Virus record (IMG/VR): IMGVR_UViG_3300017788_001394
Span: 1-64,000 of that record
DNA: 64,000 nucleotides
From: a virus
Strand: one strand, 5' to 3'
The position numbers and the translations under genes were made by a program. Of the stretch, positions 19,544-29,932 are shown one piece after another. A model generated the notes under the pieces. The model did no database searches, had not been told where the DNA came from, and worked only from the letters and a program-made list of their open reading frames with translations. Within the stretch, counting starts at the first letter, position 1. Each line of letters begins with the position of its first letter.

Positions 19544-19718
19544 TTGTTATTCTTTTTGCTAATTTGTATGGTGTAAACGGAAACATAAAAGGAAACACTG
19601 CATGTATTATACCTGTCATAAAAACAAGAAATGCTAAAAAGTTATAATACATAGCATATTTAAAATGCTTCCAATATGTTGTGTTTGCTTTTTTCAGATG
19701 ATTAAAATCTAACTGCAT
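19506..19718 (-). CDS. small membrane protein (DUF6356-like, from memory)
   Basis: HL...TYWKHF...IIHAVFPF. Confidence 0.6.
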   Translation of the reverse strand: MQLDFNHLKKANTTYWKHFKYAMYYNFLAFLVFMTGIIHAVFPFMFPFTPYKLAKRITNGTEQHFKKHNQ

Positions 19719-20211
19719 TGTATTTTTCTACATTTAACTCCCATACGTTTTGTAACGTATTAAAAATTTCTTCCTGTACTACGTAATCTACTAAACCTAC
19801 ACGTTGTAAATGATAGAATGTTTTATCGATACGTGTCATCTTACCACTTGCGTCATTTGTAACATTTGTAGTAATATATACAGGAGACCCGTTGGCGAAT
19901 TCAATTTGATAAGGTAACTGATAATAAAAGCAATGACTTTGCATGTGATATTTATTAAGTCCTGCATCTCTGGGATATAGCTGTACTCCTCTAAACAAAG
20001 CACGATACCCGTCTTTAAATGGGTGTATGCCGCTTAAACTTATTATATTGCTATCATTATCAAAAGTCGTGTACCAGGCGCCGCCATTGTCCAGACACCA
20101 ATGAAACTTCATTGATTTTAACGAATTGTTATTTTTGTAATTCAAAGTATTGCATTTTTCAATAAAAGCATGTAATTCTGGTGTGTTGTATGTTATGATA
20201 TTAGTATACAT
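19702..20211 (-). CDS. hypothetical, possibly GNAT-like
   Basis: IISLSGIH...YRALFRG pattern; fold is inferred. Confidence 0.45.
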   Translation of the reverse strand: MYTNIITYNTPELHAFIEKCNTLNYKNNNSLKSMKFHWCLDNGGAWYTTFDNDSNIISLSGIHPFKDGYRALFRGVQLYPRDAGLNKYHMQSHCFYYQLPYQIEFANGSPVYITTNVTNDASGKMTRIDKTFYHLQRVGLVDYVVQEEIFNTLQNVWELNVEKYNAVRF

Positions 20212-21055
20212 TTTTTATTTTTTTGAATTTTAAGAAAGATTTATGTTCGTATTCTAATATTTTAGATATACATATGCGATTACTGTCGCCTCTTTCGAAA
20301 TTTTTTCCATACGCATTTTCATAGTCTATTCCAAAAATAACAGTGTCCGACGGAGTCAAGTTGTTACGCTTACATATTTTTAGTTGACTATCTCTATAAT
20401 ACTGCGGTATGTCATCTGGCCCGATCGTTGTTATCAAGTCTTTATGTTTTTCTGCGGTAGCCATCTGTTCATAATTCCATTTTTTGGTGACAATAACAGG
20501 ATAAAGATCTTTTGTATATAACATGCCAACACGATACCATCCTGTGCCAAATGTTTTACTTAAACTAAACGCAACACTATGTATATTTTTATATTTTATA
20601 AAATCAAATGTTTGATTCATACATATACCGAAAAATGCACAATCAACAAAAATAGGTTTATTAAACGTATCTGCATATGCAAGTTTATCATGTGAGCTCA
20701 TCCCGTCTGCACTGAATGGATGACTAATAACTATGCAATCTGCGTCTTGTAAATCATATGTTAACCGTTCCGCTGGTAATGCTAACTCGTGATAACCATA
20801 TTCGCCTTCAAATATTCCAATCTTATTATATAACACATAAGTTTGATCTAATGCTTCTGTTACTCCGTTAACAATATAGCCAGATCCTGGTAACCCTGCA
20901 ACAGTTTGGTTACTGCTATGTATCCAATCGTGCAAATTTTTATGAAACTTATAATATTCCTGTGCATCGTGTGGTATTGCAAACCCTATGCTGCGAGCTT
21001 GTTTGATAAACATAGATTTATCCGAAGGTCTCCAAAACCATTCAAACAAGTTCAT
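20201..21055 (-). CDS. compact PLP-dependent (fold type I-like) enzyme
   Basis: FVDCAFFG and FSLSKTFG...RVG (Schiff-base Lys). Confidence 0.7.
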   Translation of the reverse strand: MNLFEWFWRPSDKSMFIKQARSIGFAIPHDAQEYYKFHKNLHDWIHSSNQTVAGLPGSGYIVNGVTEALDQTYVLYNKIGIFEGEYGYHELALPAERLTYDLQDADCIVISHPFSADGMSSHDKLAYADTFNKPIFVDCAFFGICMNQTFDFIKYKNIHSVAFSLSKTFGTGWYRVGMLYTKDLYPVIVTKKWNYEQMATAEKHKDLITTIGPDDIPQYYRDSQLKICKRNNLTPSDTVIFGIDYENAYGKNFERGDSNRICISKILEYEHKSFLKFKKIKNVY

Positions 21056-21759
21056 TCTAAAAATTGTCCTACTTCTTTAACCATACCAGTTATAGTCAAT
21101 CGAATGTTTTCGCCTGCGTCTGCATCAACTCTAGTAATGCCATGGACAACACCTTTGTTAATTAATATAAGCCTATTAGGTTTTGGACTGACAAATGTGC
21201 CGAGGCCATAATCAATTATCGACTGAAACTTTTTACGTTGCTCGAACATTTCCATTGGACTGTTCATATCTTTATATGAATCATACTGTTTTGTATTCTT
21301 ATCTAATGTTAATCTCTGTGCATATTCAACAGAGTTTTTAGGAACAATTAATAATGTTGCGTCCCAGTTAATTTGCCAATGTTTATGCATATAATATGTA
21401 TAGGTAGTAAATCCCAAATCATTGTGCCATGGATTTTTACTACCCACTGGGTATGCATGAGTACGCATTGCAATTTCTTCAAAACTAGAAACGTAGGTTT
21501 TAACATCTTCACACGTATTTAAAAACTTAACAAAATGATTAAACCAAATATCATGATTATCGTTGTAAGGATATTCAGTGTACCAACGCTTTTTACTTTT
21601 ATAATTTGGACCGTCGGTTATGTGCCAAAACTTATCGTCAACTTCACTATATTGCCACCGGTCGGCTTGCACTTGATTAATAAGTTTGTCCCGGTCGTCT
21701 AGTGGTAAAAAATCATCTACTACTAATACTTCTGGTGTTTTCAATATTACATTATACAT
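21052..21759 (-). CDS. 2OG-Fe(II) oxygenase (prolyl-hydroxylase-like)
   Basis: VVDDFL, WHND, PKPNRL, HGIT...RLTITG. Confidence 0.8.
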   Translation of the reverse strand: MYNVILKTPEVLVVDDFLPLDDRDKLINQVQADRWQYSEVDDKFWHITDGPNYKSKKRWYTEYPYNDNHDIWFNHFVKFLNTCEDVKTYVSSFEEIAMRTHAYPVGSKNPWHNDLGFTTYTYYMHKHWQINWDATLLIVPKNSVEYAQRLTLDKNTKQYDSYKDMNSPMEMFEQRKKFQSIIDYGLGTFVSPKPNRLILINKGVVHGITRVDADAGENIRLTITGMVKEVGQFLE

Positions 21760-22777
21760 AACTGCCCGGTTCTCCTTTACGTTTTAGATCAAGCGTTACA
21801 CAATGCAATCCGCTATCCCAGAAATACTTGTGCCTAATATCAAACGGGATGCCTTCTATGCCATTGGCTTTTAACTGCTTATATACTTCCGCATCGTACC
21901 CGTTTGTGATAACAGTGTTTTCATCTATACTTATAACATTAAGATCAAACACAGTTTCGTCTACATAACCTATCCAATGCCCTAACCAATCCTTAACTGT
22001 TTTTTCGTAAAAGAATTGATGTTTGATACGATCAAAATACTCTGGCATTGGTTTACGTTTAGTTTGTATAATTGTCCAGTTGCTTAATTCGTTTGGTATA
22101 TGTTTTTTGTGATAACACATTAGCACACCTGGTTTAAGTAATGCAAGTCTGCCGTCAGCATGGCCAACAGTTGGTATTTCTACCCACTTGACATCTTTGC
22201 CTATGTTACGCTTAACCCACTCCAGCCCTGCTTTTGTCCCCCTACCATATAACTCATCGTCATACGGCTGTGTATGCAGTATAGTATCACCAGCTTTCAG
22301 AAAACATGCTGCATGATATAGTATTTGTCCTTCTAAATGTTCGTACGGCTGGTATTCACTAGTTAGTAATGGTTTAGGCATACTAATATAATTACGACCT
22401 TCTTTATATTTTTCTAGCATAATGTCTAAGAAGTAATCGTTTTCTGTATAACGATTACAGTCGCCGCCGATTGTGCTTAATATTGTATTACCGTATGCAA
22501 TGTGAAAATCACGTGGACATATTGCAGGATACGGAAATCTGCTAGTCCAAGTTCTTGTTGCTTCAAGTTGTAATGATAAGTCTTTAGGTCTATAGACTTT
22601 AACGCCCGCAGATTCAAATATGCTTACTAATTTTAAAAAATCTTCTTCAGTCTCTTCTAAAATTTTAGACATACCGTCGATAAATTCATTGTCATGAAAT
22701 TTGCCATTTAACACGTCTGGCAAATATGTTTTTCCGACAATAACTTCTTCGAGTTTGTCCCACTCTGTGTATATCAT
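21752..22777 (-). CDS. amidinotransferase
   Basis: EWDKLEEVIVG, CPRD, GHADG, FDLN, SGLHCVTLD. Confidence 0.85.
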   Translation of the reverse strand: MIYTEWDKLEEVIVGKTYLPDVLNGKFHDNEFIDGMSKILEETEEDFLKLVSIFESAGVKVYRPKDLSLQLEATRTWTSRFPYPAICPRDFHIAYGNTILSTIGGDCNRYTENDYFLDIMLEKYKEGRNYISMPKPLLTSEYQPYEHLEGQILYHAACFLKAGDTILHTQPYDDELYGRGTKAGLEWVKRNIGKDVKWVEIPTVGHADGRLALLKPGVLMCYHKKHIPNELSNWTIIQTKRKPMPEYFDRIKHQFFYEKTVKDWLGHWIGYVDETVFDLNVISIDENTVITNGYDAEVYKQLKANGIEGIPFDIRHKYFWDSGLHCVTLDLKRKGEPGSYV

Positions 22778-22786
22778 TTAATATCC

Positions 22787-23317
22787 TTAGGGCAATAACG
22801 TTGTGTTTACTAGTTTGTAATTATGAGTTTGCATTATTGTGTCTACAATAAATTTTGCTGCATCATCGGGAATAATATATTTTTCCGGATGATAGTTATT
22901 GATTACTCGCTCTGTTCCTATCCAACCAAATTTATATATAGAAACCTTACACGGCATATTAAGATTAGCAAGTTGCTCACTAGCTTTTTCTAATGCAATT
23001 TTCTCTGCAACATACTTGTGCGGAAATGTTTTAATACTGTCAGTTGTATTACTGCCAATATTGACAATCAGCTTATCTTGATCTTTCCATACGTCCCACA
23101 ACTCATACAGCAATTCAGTCTGTGCATAACCTTTGTGTGCATTGTTTACAAATACATGGCAATCGTGCGATTGCTCAATAATAAGTTTCCTATCTTCTTT
23201 ATCTAGTATGTTGTAACCAGTCGATTTACTAAACCCTACGACATTGTGACCATACAATAACTGACGCACAATTGCATCGCCTAGCCCACGGGTATGTCCA
23301 GTTATAGCAAATTTCAT
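22787..23317 (-). CDS. short SDR-family oxidoreductase
   Basis: ITGHTRGLG, FVNNA, NIGS, YVAEK. Confidence 0.8.
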   Translation of the reverse strand: MKFAITGHTRGLGDAIVRQLLYGHNVVGFSKSTGYNILDKEDRKLIIEQSHDCHVFVNNAHKGYAQTELLYELWDVWKDQDKLIVNIGSNTTDSIKTFPHKYVAEKIALEKASEQLANLNMPCKVSIYKFGWIGTERVINNYHPEKYIIPDDAAKFIVDTIMQTHNYKLVNTTLLP

Positions 23318-24426
23318 TGTTTTCTTTTTGGTATCTTACTATCAGCACTGCTTACACAACTAGATGTTATGCATGGCATAGGCTTATCAAACAGTTTAAA
23401 ACCTGTTTCTATATTGCCCAACGGAACATCATGACATGAATACGAACGCTTAATCGATCCGTCTGGTTCTCTAATAATTATACCTTGATAGCCTGCATTA
23501 CAACTCCATCCGTTAAAGTTATTAAAGTTAAACGCATTGAATCGTTCTGCTTGATCCATATACCACTTTTCGCCTTTAGAGTCTGTAAACTCTACTTGCA
23601 TGTGCCATGGAACGCTAGCATCATTACGGCCTATAGTATAGTCAGGAATTTCAAATGTTGGTGTTGGTCTGTCTGCCCAGATTCGCTTACCTTCAGTATA
23701 TGCTCGTTGTGGCATTCCATTCCATAATCTCTTAAGCATGTCAGGAGTATAACCATCCACAACTCGGCTTGCTGTAGGGTCGCTTTGAGGCTTTAGCGTT
23801 ACGTTTATGCCTTGTTCATGAAAGAATAAAGCGTTTTCCCAATCACGTTCAAACCATTCAGGAACCATAACCATGTTGATTGTAATTTGTATATCATGTT
23901 CTTGACATAGTATTAGTTTGTTTGCAAAGTCTTGCATCTTTTCTTTTGTATCAAGATGCTCGGTATGCAAACTAGCAGTAATACTCGCACGATGAAATGG
24001 CTTAGAATATTCCACGTATTGCTCAAACCATTTAACAGGTCTCGAGCAATTAGATGTCATATGAATACTAGTATAATTAGTATTAGAAACGTCATCGGCA
24101 AGATATTTGAGAATGTCCAAGTAACCAGGGTGAAAAGTAGGCTCACCGCCAGATAAACTAAAATGAAAACTATTAAAGCCGTTATCACGAGCTTGACGCT
24201 TTATTTCGTCGATCGTTTTGAAACATAACTCTGTAGGTCTATGATCTTTGGTGTTGGATCTAGCATACGGCCAGCAGTAGGAACATCTGTAGTTGCAGTA
24301 TCTGCCAAGTAGCCAAGATACAGTAAATAAGTCTCTATATAAGAGTGTCCGTTGACCGACTTGGACAATGTCGTCAAACGGGATTTTGGTAAAGTCATAG
24401 TTGCTCCATTTTAAATCTTCAGTCAT
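23314..24426 (-). CDS. radical SAM protein with C-terminal SPASM/twitch-like domain
   Basis: CNYRCSYC, GGEPT, C-terminal CNAG...DG...SC...PC...C. Confidence 0.9.
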   Translation of the reverse strand: MTEDLKWSNYDFTKIPFDDIVQVGQRTLLYRDLFTVSWLLGRYCNYRCSYCWPYARSNTKDHRPTELCFKTIDEIKRQARDNGFNSFHFSLSGGEPTFHPGYLDILKYLADDVSNTNYTSIHMTSNCSRPVKWFEQYVEYSKPFHRASITASLHTEHLDTKEKMQDFANKLILCQEHDIQITINMVMVPEWFERDWENALFFHEQGINVTLKPQSDPTASRVVDGYTPDMLKRLWNGMPQRAYTEGKRIWADRPTPTFEIPDYTIGRNDASVPWHMQVEFTDSKGEKWYMDQAERFNAFNFNNFNGWSCNAGYQGIIIREPDGSIKRSYSCHDVPLGNIETGFKLFDKPMPCITSSCVSSADSKIPKRKQ

Positions 24427-24432
24427 AGTTAT

Positions 24433-24460
24433 ATTATAACACCATCTAGATATTTGTCAA
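24433..24460 (-). promoter_or_regulatory. consensus sigma70 promoter, predicted leaderless transcript
   Basis: Reverse complement reads TTGACA-N16-TATAAT with extended TG; the ATG at 24426 is 7 nt downstream of the -10 box. Confidence 0.75.
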
Positions 24461-24529
24461 TTGTGTATGTATTTAATGCTAATGAATACTACTGTAAAAA
24501 ATAATTAAAATTATAATATCGTTTATTCT

Positions 24530-24951
24530 TTAAGTGATTCTGACAGCATCGTTTTCAAGACGCTTGTTGATATTATCAACTGCTCGTTCATTCAACCAAG
24601 GCAGTTCATTACGATTGGACAACGTTTTTACTAGGTCATTGGATTCATTGAATCGTCGTACACGAGTCTCTAGATCATTGTCTTTGTATTTCCAATTAAC
24701 GTTGCTATCAAAATACTCCAAATCATCTTTAATTAATTTGTACAACGGCTGCGATTGACTGAGCATTAGTGTGTTACCAAAGTATATATTTGTATATTTT
24801 TGCTAAGTAATTCATTATATAGTTTGATGTTAAAGTCAGCTACTTCACATGAAAAACCTTCTGCTTCGCAATGTGCTTTTAGTACTGCAGGACCTACAGT
24901 TGGTGCGTCTGGGTTAATCTTTGGTATAATACAAATTAATATATCCAACAT
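24530..24951 (-). pseudogene. internally deleted cobalamin-binding radical SAM gene (N- and C-terminal fragments)
   Basis: N-terminal piece P.VGPAVLKAH...G.SC...DFNI is typical of B12-binding rSAM starts; no CxxxCxxC; second fragment WKYKDNDLETRVRR. Confidence 0.6.
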
Positions 24952-24973
24952 TAGTAATAACTTTCTTTTATAT

Positions 24974-25513
24974 TCAAAGCTGGTTCTGTAACGGATCTAA
25001 GCTAATCTCATTAATGTGTACAGGCTGTTCGATCACCCATTTAATATATCTTGCCGCTGTATCGATAGGCATACATATCCTGTCAGGATGCTTGTGTTGA
25101 TTATTACTTAGCGTTCCAAAACTGATATAACTTACTCTCAGACCGCCGTTCCACACTCCTAGTAAACTTAAGCTGTTGCAGTAGTCTCGCAATGCTTTCT
25201 TTTCAGCATTATAAAGCCAGTCTGTGCCTTTGCATACTCTGTCAGTTGTGCTGCCAATACATACTATATATGCTTGAGAGTTAGCTGTTTTAAGTGTCCT
25301 GTATACTGTATCTAGTAGGACAGTCTGATTGAACTTCCATAGTGCGCTATTAATAATGATAACCTCATGTTTAAGAGCTAATTCAGCAAATGCCTGTTGT
25401 TGTGTATCTTTTGTAAGATCAACACCCTGAGACTTGCTAACAAACTCTGCATCTGGGTATAGTTTATATAGTTCTGCAGCTAGTCCTTTCTGGGGGTTAC
25501 CTGATATAAGCAT
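24974..25513 (-). CDS. short SDR-family oxidoreductase
   Basis: ISGNPQKGLA, IINSA, CIGS, YNAEK; paralog of 22787-23317. Confidence 0.75.
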   Translation of the reverse strand: MLISGNPQKGLAAELYKLYPDAEFVSKSQGVDLTKDTQQQAFAELALKHEVIIINSALWKFNQTVLLDTVYRTLKTANSQAYIVCIGSTTDRVCKGTDWLYNAEKKALRDYCNSLSLLGVWNGGLRVSYISFGTLSNNQHKHPDRICMPIDTAARYIKWVIEQPVHINEISLDPLQNQL

Positions 25514-26639
25514 CAATGATCCCTGTCATTTCTGGATTAGCTAGTGCAAATTGCACACCTTGATAGTTGTCTAGTATTTCAACTGACTTTTTAAATTTAT
25601 CAAATTCCTGCACTGCCGTGCAGTCTGCCATTAAAAATTGATTAAACGTTTCTTTTTTACTGTAATCTATCCATTTAGCTCGAACTTCCAATGGCAGTTG
25701 ATACATAGAAAGATAGTTGGGATGAAACAAATCGTTGTAGTTAACTTCGATGTCCATCGATTTACAAAAATCTACCAATGGAGTTATCATATTGACATTT
25801 AACAAACTTAAAGTAGTGTTGGTGCATAGCGTAATGTTATTATTTTTAACATAGTCTGCCCACTGCCTTAAAGATGTTTCTACTTCTTGCCATGGTACTC
25901 CATACCGAATCACAGTGGCTAAGTCTCCGTATGCATCCAAACTAAATGTTATGCTGGTGTTAAAATTTTCTAGTTTTTTTAAAATATTCTTATTGGGAAA
26001 TATGCTGCCATTCGAAAAGATGTTTAAGTTTACCTGTGATCTATCAACTGATTCATCATACAACTTGTCCAAGAACCATTCGAAATGTTTAGCATAAAAC
26101 GGCTCGCCGCCTTGAATTTTTAAATTAACTATATGCTTAAAGTCTGTATTTTCAAAAACTTTTTGAAACTGATCTTGATAATTTTTATAAATTTTTGTAT
26201 CAAAGTCGCTGTAATATGAAGTTACTTCAGATTTTGAAAATTGATCTAGCACTGATTGTGCTGCGCCCCATTTACTACTAGCAGAAGGAGAACACATTCT
26301 GCACATCATATTGCAAGTATAATCTAGTGCAATTTCTAAATCTTGTACATACCCGTGTTTTATTTTTTCAAATGGAAGAATATTATTTGAATGCTGTCTT
26401 TTACTTCCAATACCTAATGCCTCGTGAGACTGGCAGCGTGTACACTCAGGTATGTCATTACCGTTTTCTAATTGTTCTTGAATAGATTTATATGCTGGGA
26501 GTTTATGTAAATCGTTGAGAGTATTTACATCAAAAATTGACGGAAGTTTTCCTTCCTTGAAAATACAACAAGGATTTATTTTACCTTTTGTTTCTGTAAA
26601 CGAAACCCCCACATAGGTGTGTATACATTTCTTTGTCAT
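25497..26639 (-). CDS. N-terminal twitch-domain radical SAM protein
   Basis: C...G.INPCC...CTRC, then CNMMCRMC, GGEPF. Confidence 0.9.
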   Translation of the reverse strand: MTKKCIHTYVGVSFTETKGKINPCCIFKEGKLPSIFDVNTLNDLHKLPAYKSIQEQLENGNDIPECTRCQSHEALGIGSKRQHSNNILPFEKIKHGYVQDLEIALDYTCNMMCRMCSPSASSKWGAAQSVLDQFSKSEVTSYYSDFDTKIYKNYQDQFQKVFENTDFKHIVNLKIQGGEPFYAKHFEWFLDKLYDESVDRSQVNLNIFSNGSIFPNKNILKKLENFNTSITFSLDAYGDLATVIRYGVPWQEVETSLRQWADYVKNNNITLCTNTTLSLLNVNMITPLVDFCKSMDIEVNYNDLFHPNYLSMYQLPLEVRAKWIDYSKKETFNQFLMADCTAVQEFDKFKKSVEILDNYQGVQFALANPEMTGIIDAYIR

Positions 26640-26681
26640 GAGCAGTCTAAGGTTCCATTGTATGCAAACTTAAAATCAGTA

Positions 26682-27314
26682 TTAATAACGAGTGATTTGA
26701 ATTTCTTCTTTTTTACGAGTAGGAAACATTAGCCCATTTTTTTCGTGCATTCTTCTATTTCTGTCAGCATCACGAAAACCTATACCCTGAATCATCGCTG
26801 GTCTGTTTTTTAATCCCAGCAGCTCTTTAATATCATTTGTTAAAAAGCACTGGCAGCATCCGGTACTGTAACCTAACATAGAAGCGGTTAGATTTACATA
26901 TCCGCTAGCAATACCGATTGCAGTTGCACGATCTCTGTTAAACACTTCAATATCAGATTCGTCTGCGTCTGCCCATTTGTTAAACCCACGTTCGGTTAAA
27001 TCTTCTAGCTCAAGCTGCTCGTAAACAAAAATTACATTTGCTAGTACTTGACTGTTGGTAGTAGCTATCATATTTCCGTCAGTGTCATATGCATGTGTAC
27101 CCGGAGCAAGTTCGTGTATTTTTTCAATAGTATCTCTGTCAGATATAATGTGCAAGTTATAAAATGCAATGTTTTGCTTACTAGGGCAATTGGTTGCTGC
27201 ATAAGCTAGCATGTCAACATCTGATTCTGGTATTGTTTTTGTTAAGTCAAAATTTCTTTGGCAATGTTGACTTCTAACAATTGCTTTTTTAATGTCTTGG
27301 TAAGTTGTAATCAT
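26682..27314 (-). CDS. nitroreductase-family flavoprotein
   Basis: SQHCQRNF, NCPSKQN, GYSTGCCQCF, IGF. Confidence 0.75.
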   Translation of the reverse strand: MITTYQDIKKAIVRSQHCQRNFDLTKTIPESDVDMLAYAATNCPSKQNIAFYNLHIISDRDTIEKIHELAPGTHAYDTDGNMIATTNSQVLANVIFVYEQLELEDLTERGFNKWADADESDIEVFNRDRATAIGIASGYVNLTASMLGYSTGCCQCFLTNDIKELLGLKNRPAMIQGIGFRDADRNRRMHEKNGLMFPTRKKEEIQITRY

Positions 27315-27325
27315 TATGATATCCT

Positions 27326-28027
27326 TTATGCTACTTCACTAACTTGTATGTTTTTGCTTAGTGATTTGAAAATTGCAGTTGGTTCTTTGTGATGTTCACG
27401 ACGTGGTCTTGTTTCATCAGCAAAACCAATACCCATAATTAATAGGATTCTACCGTCAACACCTAGCAATTTTTGTACCACTTCTTGGCTAAAGCACTGG
27501 CAGCACCCAGTGGAATATCCCAATAGACTAGCTGATAGGTTCATATAACCCGCTGCAATCCCTACTGCTACATCTCTATCTCTATTAAAATTTGCAAGCA
27601 TTTCTCTTTCCACTACTTCTGCAGAGCCGCCGTTATGGAATAGTTCTTCTTTGTATTCTTCTTCTGTTAAGGTTTCTCCGAAAAATGTTTTAATGTGTGG
27701 GTTACGTTCAATTTGAGTATTGTCATAATCTTCTACTAATACCACTAGTAGATTTGCTAATAGTTGCGAATTAGTGTTAGATTTACCTTGTCCGGTTTCT
27801 TTATCTACTGTAAATGCACCCATGCTAGATTTGTGAATTCTTTCTATATGTTCTCTATTTGTAATAAAGTACGGCTTATAGAAAGTAACGTTTTGCTTAC
27901 TAGGGCAATTGGTGACTGCAGTTTTGATTACTGCTAAATCCTCTTCTGGAATTTCTTTTTCAAGATTCCAATTTCTTTGGCATCTTTGGCTTTTGAGTAT
28001 TGCTTTATTGAGCATGTCATTAAACAT
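27326..28027 (-). CDS. nitroreductase-family flavoprotein (tandem paralog)
   Basis: SQRCQRNW, NCPSKQN, GYSTGCCQCF; AGGAGG SD and TATAAATA upstream. Confidence 0.75.
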   Translation of the reverse strand: MFNDMLNKAILKSQRCQRNWNLEKEIPEEDLAVIKTAVTNCPSKQNVTFYKPYFITNREHIERIHKSSMGAFTVDKETGQGKSNTNSQLLANLLVVLVEDYDNTQIERNPHIKTFFGETLTEEEYKEELFHNGGSAEVVEREMLANFNRDRDVAVGIAAGYMNLSASLLGYSTGCCQCFSQEVVQKLLGVDGRILLIMGIGFADETRPRREHHKEPTAIFKSLSKNIQVSEVA

Positions 28028-28088
28028 TGTTGATTACCTCCTTACACTCAATAGTATTTATATCTCTATGTATATAATTTTTATTTTA

Positions 28089-28781
28089 TCAATTGAGTAG
28101 TTCGTCGAGACTGCCTATAAAATTAATATGCAAGCCTAGCTTCCAAGAAACGTTTAGTGTACCTGTAGTATGTAATTGGTTGGAGTTAAACATTATCATG
28201 TTTCCAGGTTTAAAGTCGTATGCAGTTCCTGACAGTCCTTTGAAATATTCCGGCTTATGATGAGAAAAGTCCAAGTACTTGTTATAAAAATCATTTCCTA
28301 TATCATGTTCGTTTTTGTCATATACCCGTGGATCATTAAATGGTGTTTGTGCTAGTTTTTTATTAAAATCAAAGTTACCATTTTCGTGTATGTCATTTCT
28401 GTCGCCGTACCATGTTTGACCAAATCCGTTATCGACCCATTGATCAAAAACTACAAAATGCTGTTGTACATTTTCTGGCAGATATATTGGCAACAATACA
28501 TTGATCATTTGATAGGTTTCAAATGAATCAACGTGCGTTGTGTAGACATTTGTGTGTTTGTAAATGTTTCCGCCATTACCGCCGACTGTTTTAAAATATT
28601 TTTTAAAAATAGGATCTAACACATCATTGAGATATGTCCATGGGTGATTTATTTTTATTACATTGGGATTGTTTTCTTTCCATTCATGCAAGTCTGTGCG
28701 AGTTTCAAAGAAATTTTTAATATACTCACAAACCTCTAAAGGAATTGCATTTTCTATAGCTAAGTGTCGTTGTAGTGTCAT
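28089..28781 (-). CDS. 2OG-Fe(II)-type oxygenase-like protein
   Basis: THVDS...PGNMIMFNSNQLHTT...K. Confidence 0.6.
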   Translation of the reverse strand: MTLQRHLAIENAIPLEVCEYIKNFFETRTDLHEWKENNPNVIKINHPWTYLNDVLDPIFKKYFKTVGGNGGNIYKHTNVYTTHVDSFETYQMINVLLPIYLPENVQQHFVVFDQWVDNGFGQTWYGDRNDIHENGNFDFNKKLAQTPFNDPRVYDKNEHDIGNDFYNKYLDFSHHKPEYFKGLSGTAYDFKPGNMIMFNSNQLHTTGTLNVSWKLGLHINFIGSLDELLN

Positions 28782-29932
28782 TTTTTACTCAGGAATAAAT
28801 GATTTTCTATCATGAAATTATACAGCTCGGGATTGTAATCGGCAAGTTCTGTATTATAATACTTATCTAGCAATTGTGTTATTTCCGTAAACTTTGTCCA
28901 ATGTACTTCGTTATACTTAGATTCTTTCAACACATTGGTAATCAATGACAATGCTGTAACATTGTCTTTGTTTTGCTCTAAAAACCATTCTGCTAGCAGC
29001 TCTGGAACATACAATAGCGATAGATGCTCTGGATGCCTTACGAAATCTACCGAATAATGATTTTCGTTGCTTTCTAAAAAGTTTAAAGTTTTACTTAATT
29101 TGTTTGCAGTATATGTTGTTAAAGATAAATGATAAGAAAATTCAGCATTTTCAAAAATTTGATGATACGTTTGAGAATTTTTATAAGTCTGCAAATAACT
29201 CCCACCATATCTTTGATAATCATTGGATTTATCGTAGGAATCAAGACTTATGTTGATATTGACATATTTAAATTTGTTTAGTTTTTTGATTAGAACGTCA
29301 GCAGGGATTGTTGTTCCATTGGTGCTAATGTCCAACAGAATATTTGACGGGTTTGTTCGTTCTATTAGATAGTCTATAAATTTAGGAAAGTTTGGTGTAA
29401 TAAATGGCTCACCACCTAGTATTTTTACTTTTTTTAATTTCGACAAATCAACTGAATCTAATTTTCTAAAACTAGGTTCTAGTTTTTTGTATACTGTATT
29501 TTTTAAATAAGCGTCTCTATTAATTAATTTACTACTATCCCTACTATTACACATTTTACATTGCAAATTACAAATATTGTCCACTGCCATTTCAATGTAA
29601 CGAACTTCGGCGAAATTTTCTGTGCAGTTTTCTCGAGTAATATCGTTCCACTGATCGTTATGTTGTTGCCTCATGGATTTTACTACACCACTGTTTTTTG
29701 ATTCTTGCGAATAGCATTTTTGACAACCCTGTGAACGTTTTCCTTGCAGCATTCGATTGCGTAGATTAACAAACGGAGCAGCCTGCATTGCACCTAATCC
29801 ATTTTTATCTATATCGTCGAGGTTAATGCCTTCAATCTCAGAGCTGCTTATAAACCTACAACAAGGTTTCAATACATTGTCAGTTCTAACGCAAAGATGT
29901 ATCCAGGGTAAAACGCACCAGGTATCTTTCAT
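28778..29932 (-). CDS. N-terminal twitch-domain radical SAM protein
   Basis: CVLPW...PCC...CQKC; CNLQCKMC; GGEPF. Confidence 0.9.
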   Translation of the reverse strand: MKDTWCVLPWIHLCVRTDNVLKPCCRFISSSEIEGINLDDIDKNGLGAMQAAPFVNLRNRMLQGKRSQGCQKCYSQESKNSGVVKSMRQQHNDQWNDITRENCTENFAEVRYIEMAVDNICNLQCKMCNSRDSSKLINRDAYLKNTVYKKLEPSFRKLDSVDLSKLKKVKILGGEPFITPNFPKFIDYLIERTNPSNILLDISTNGTTIPADVLIKKLNKFKYVNINISLDSYDKSNDYQRYGGSYLQTYKNSQTYHQIFENAEFSYHLSLTTYTANKLSKTLNFLESNENHYSVDFVRHPEHLSLLYVPELLAEWFLEQNKDNVTALSLITNVLKESKYNEVHWTKFTEITQLLDKYYNTELADYNPELYNFMIENHLFLSKK

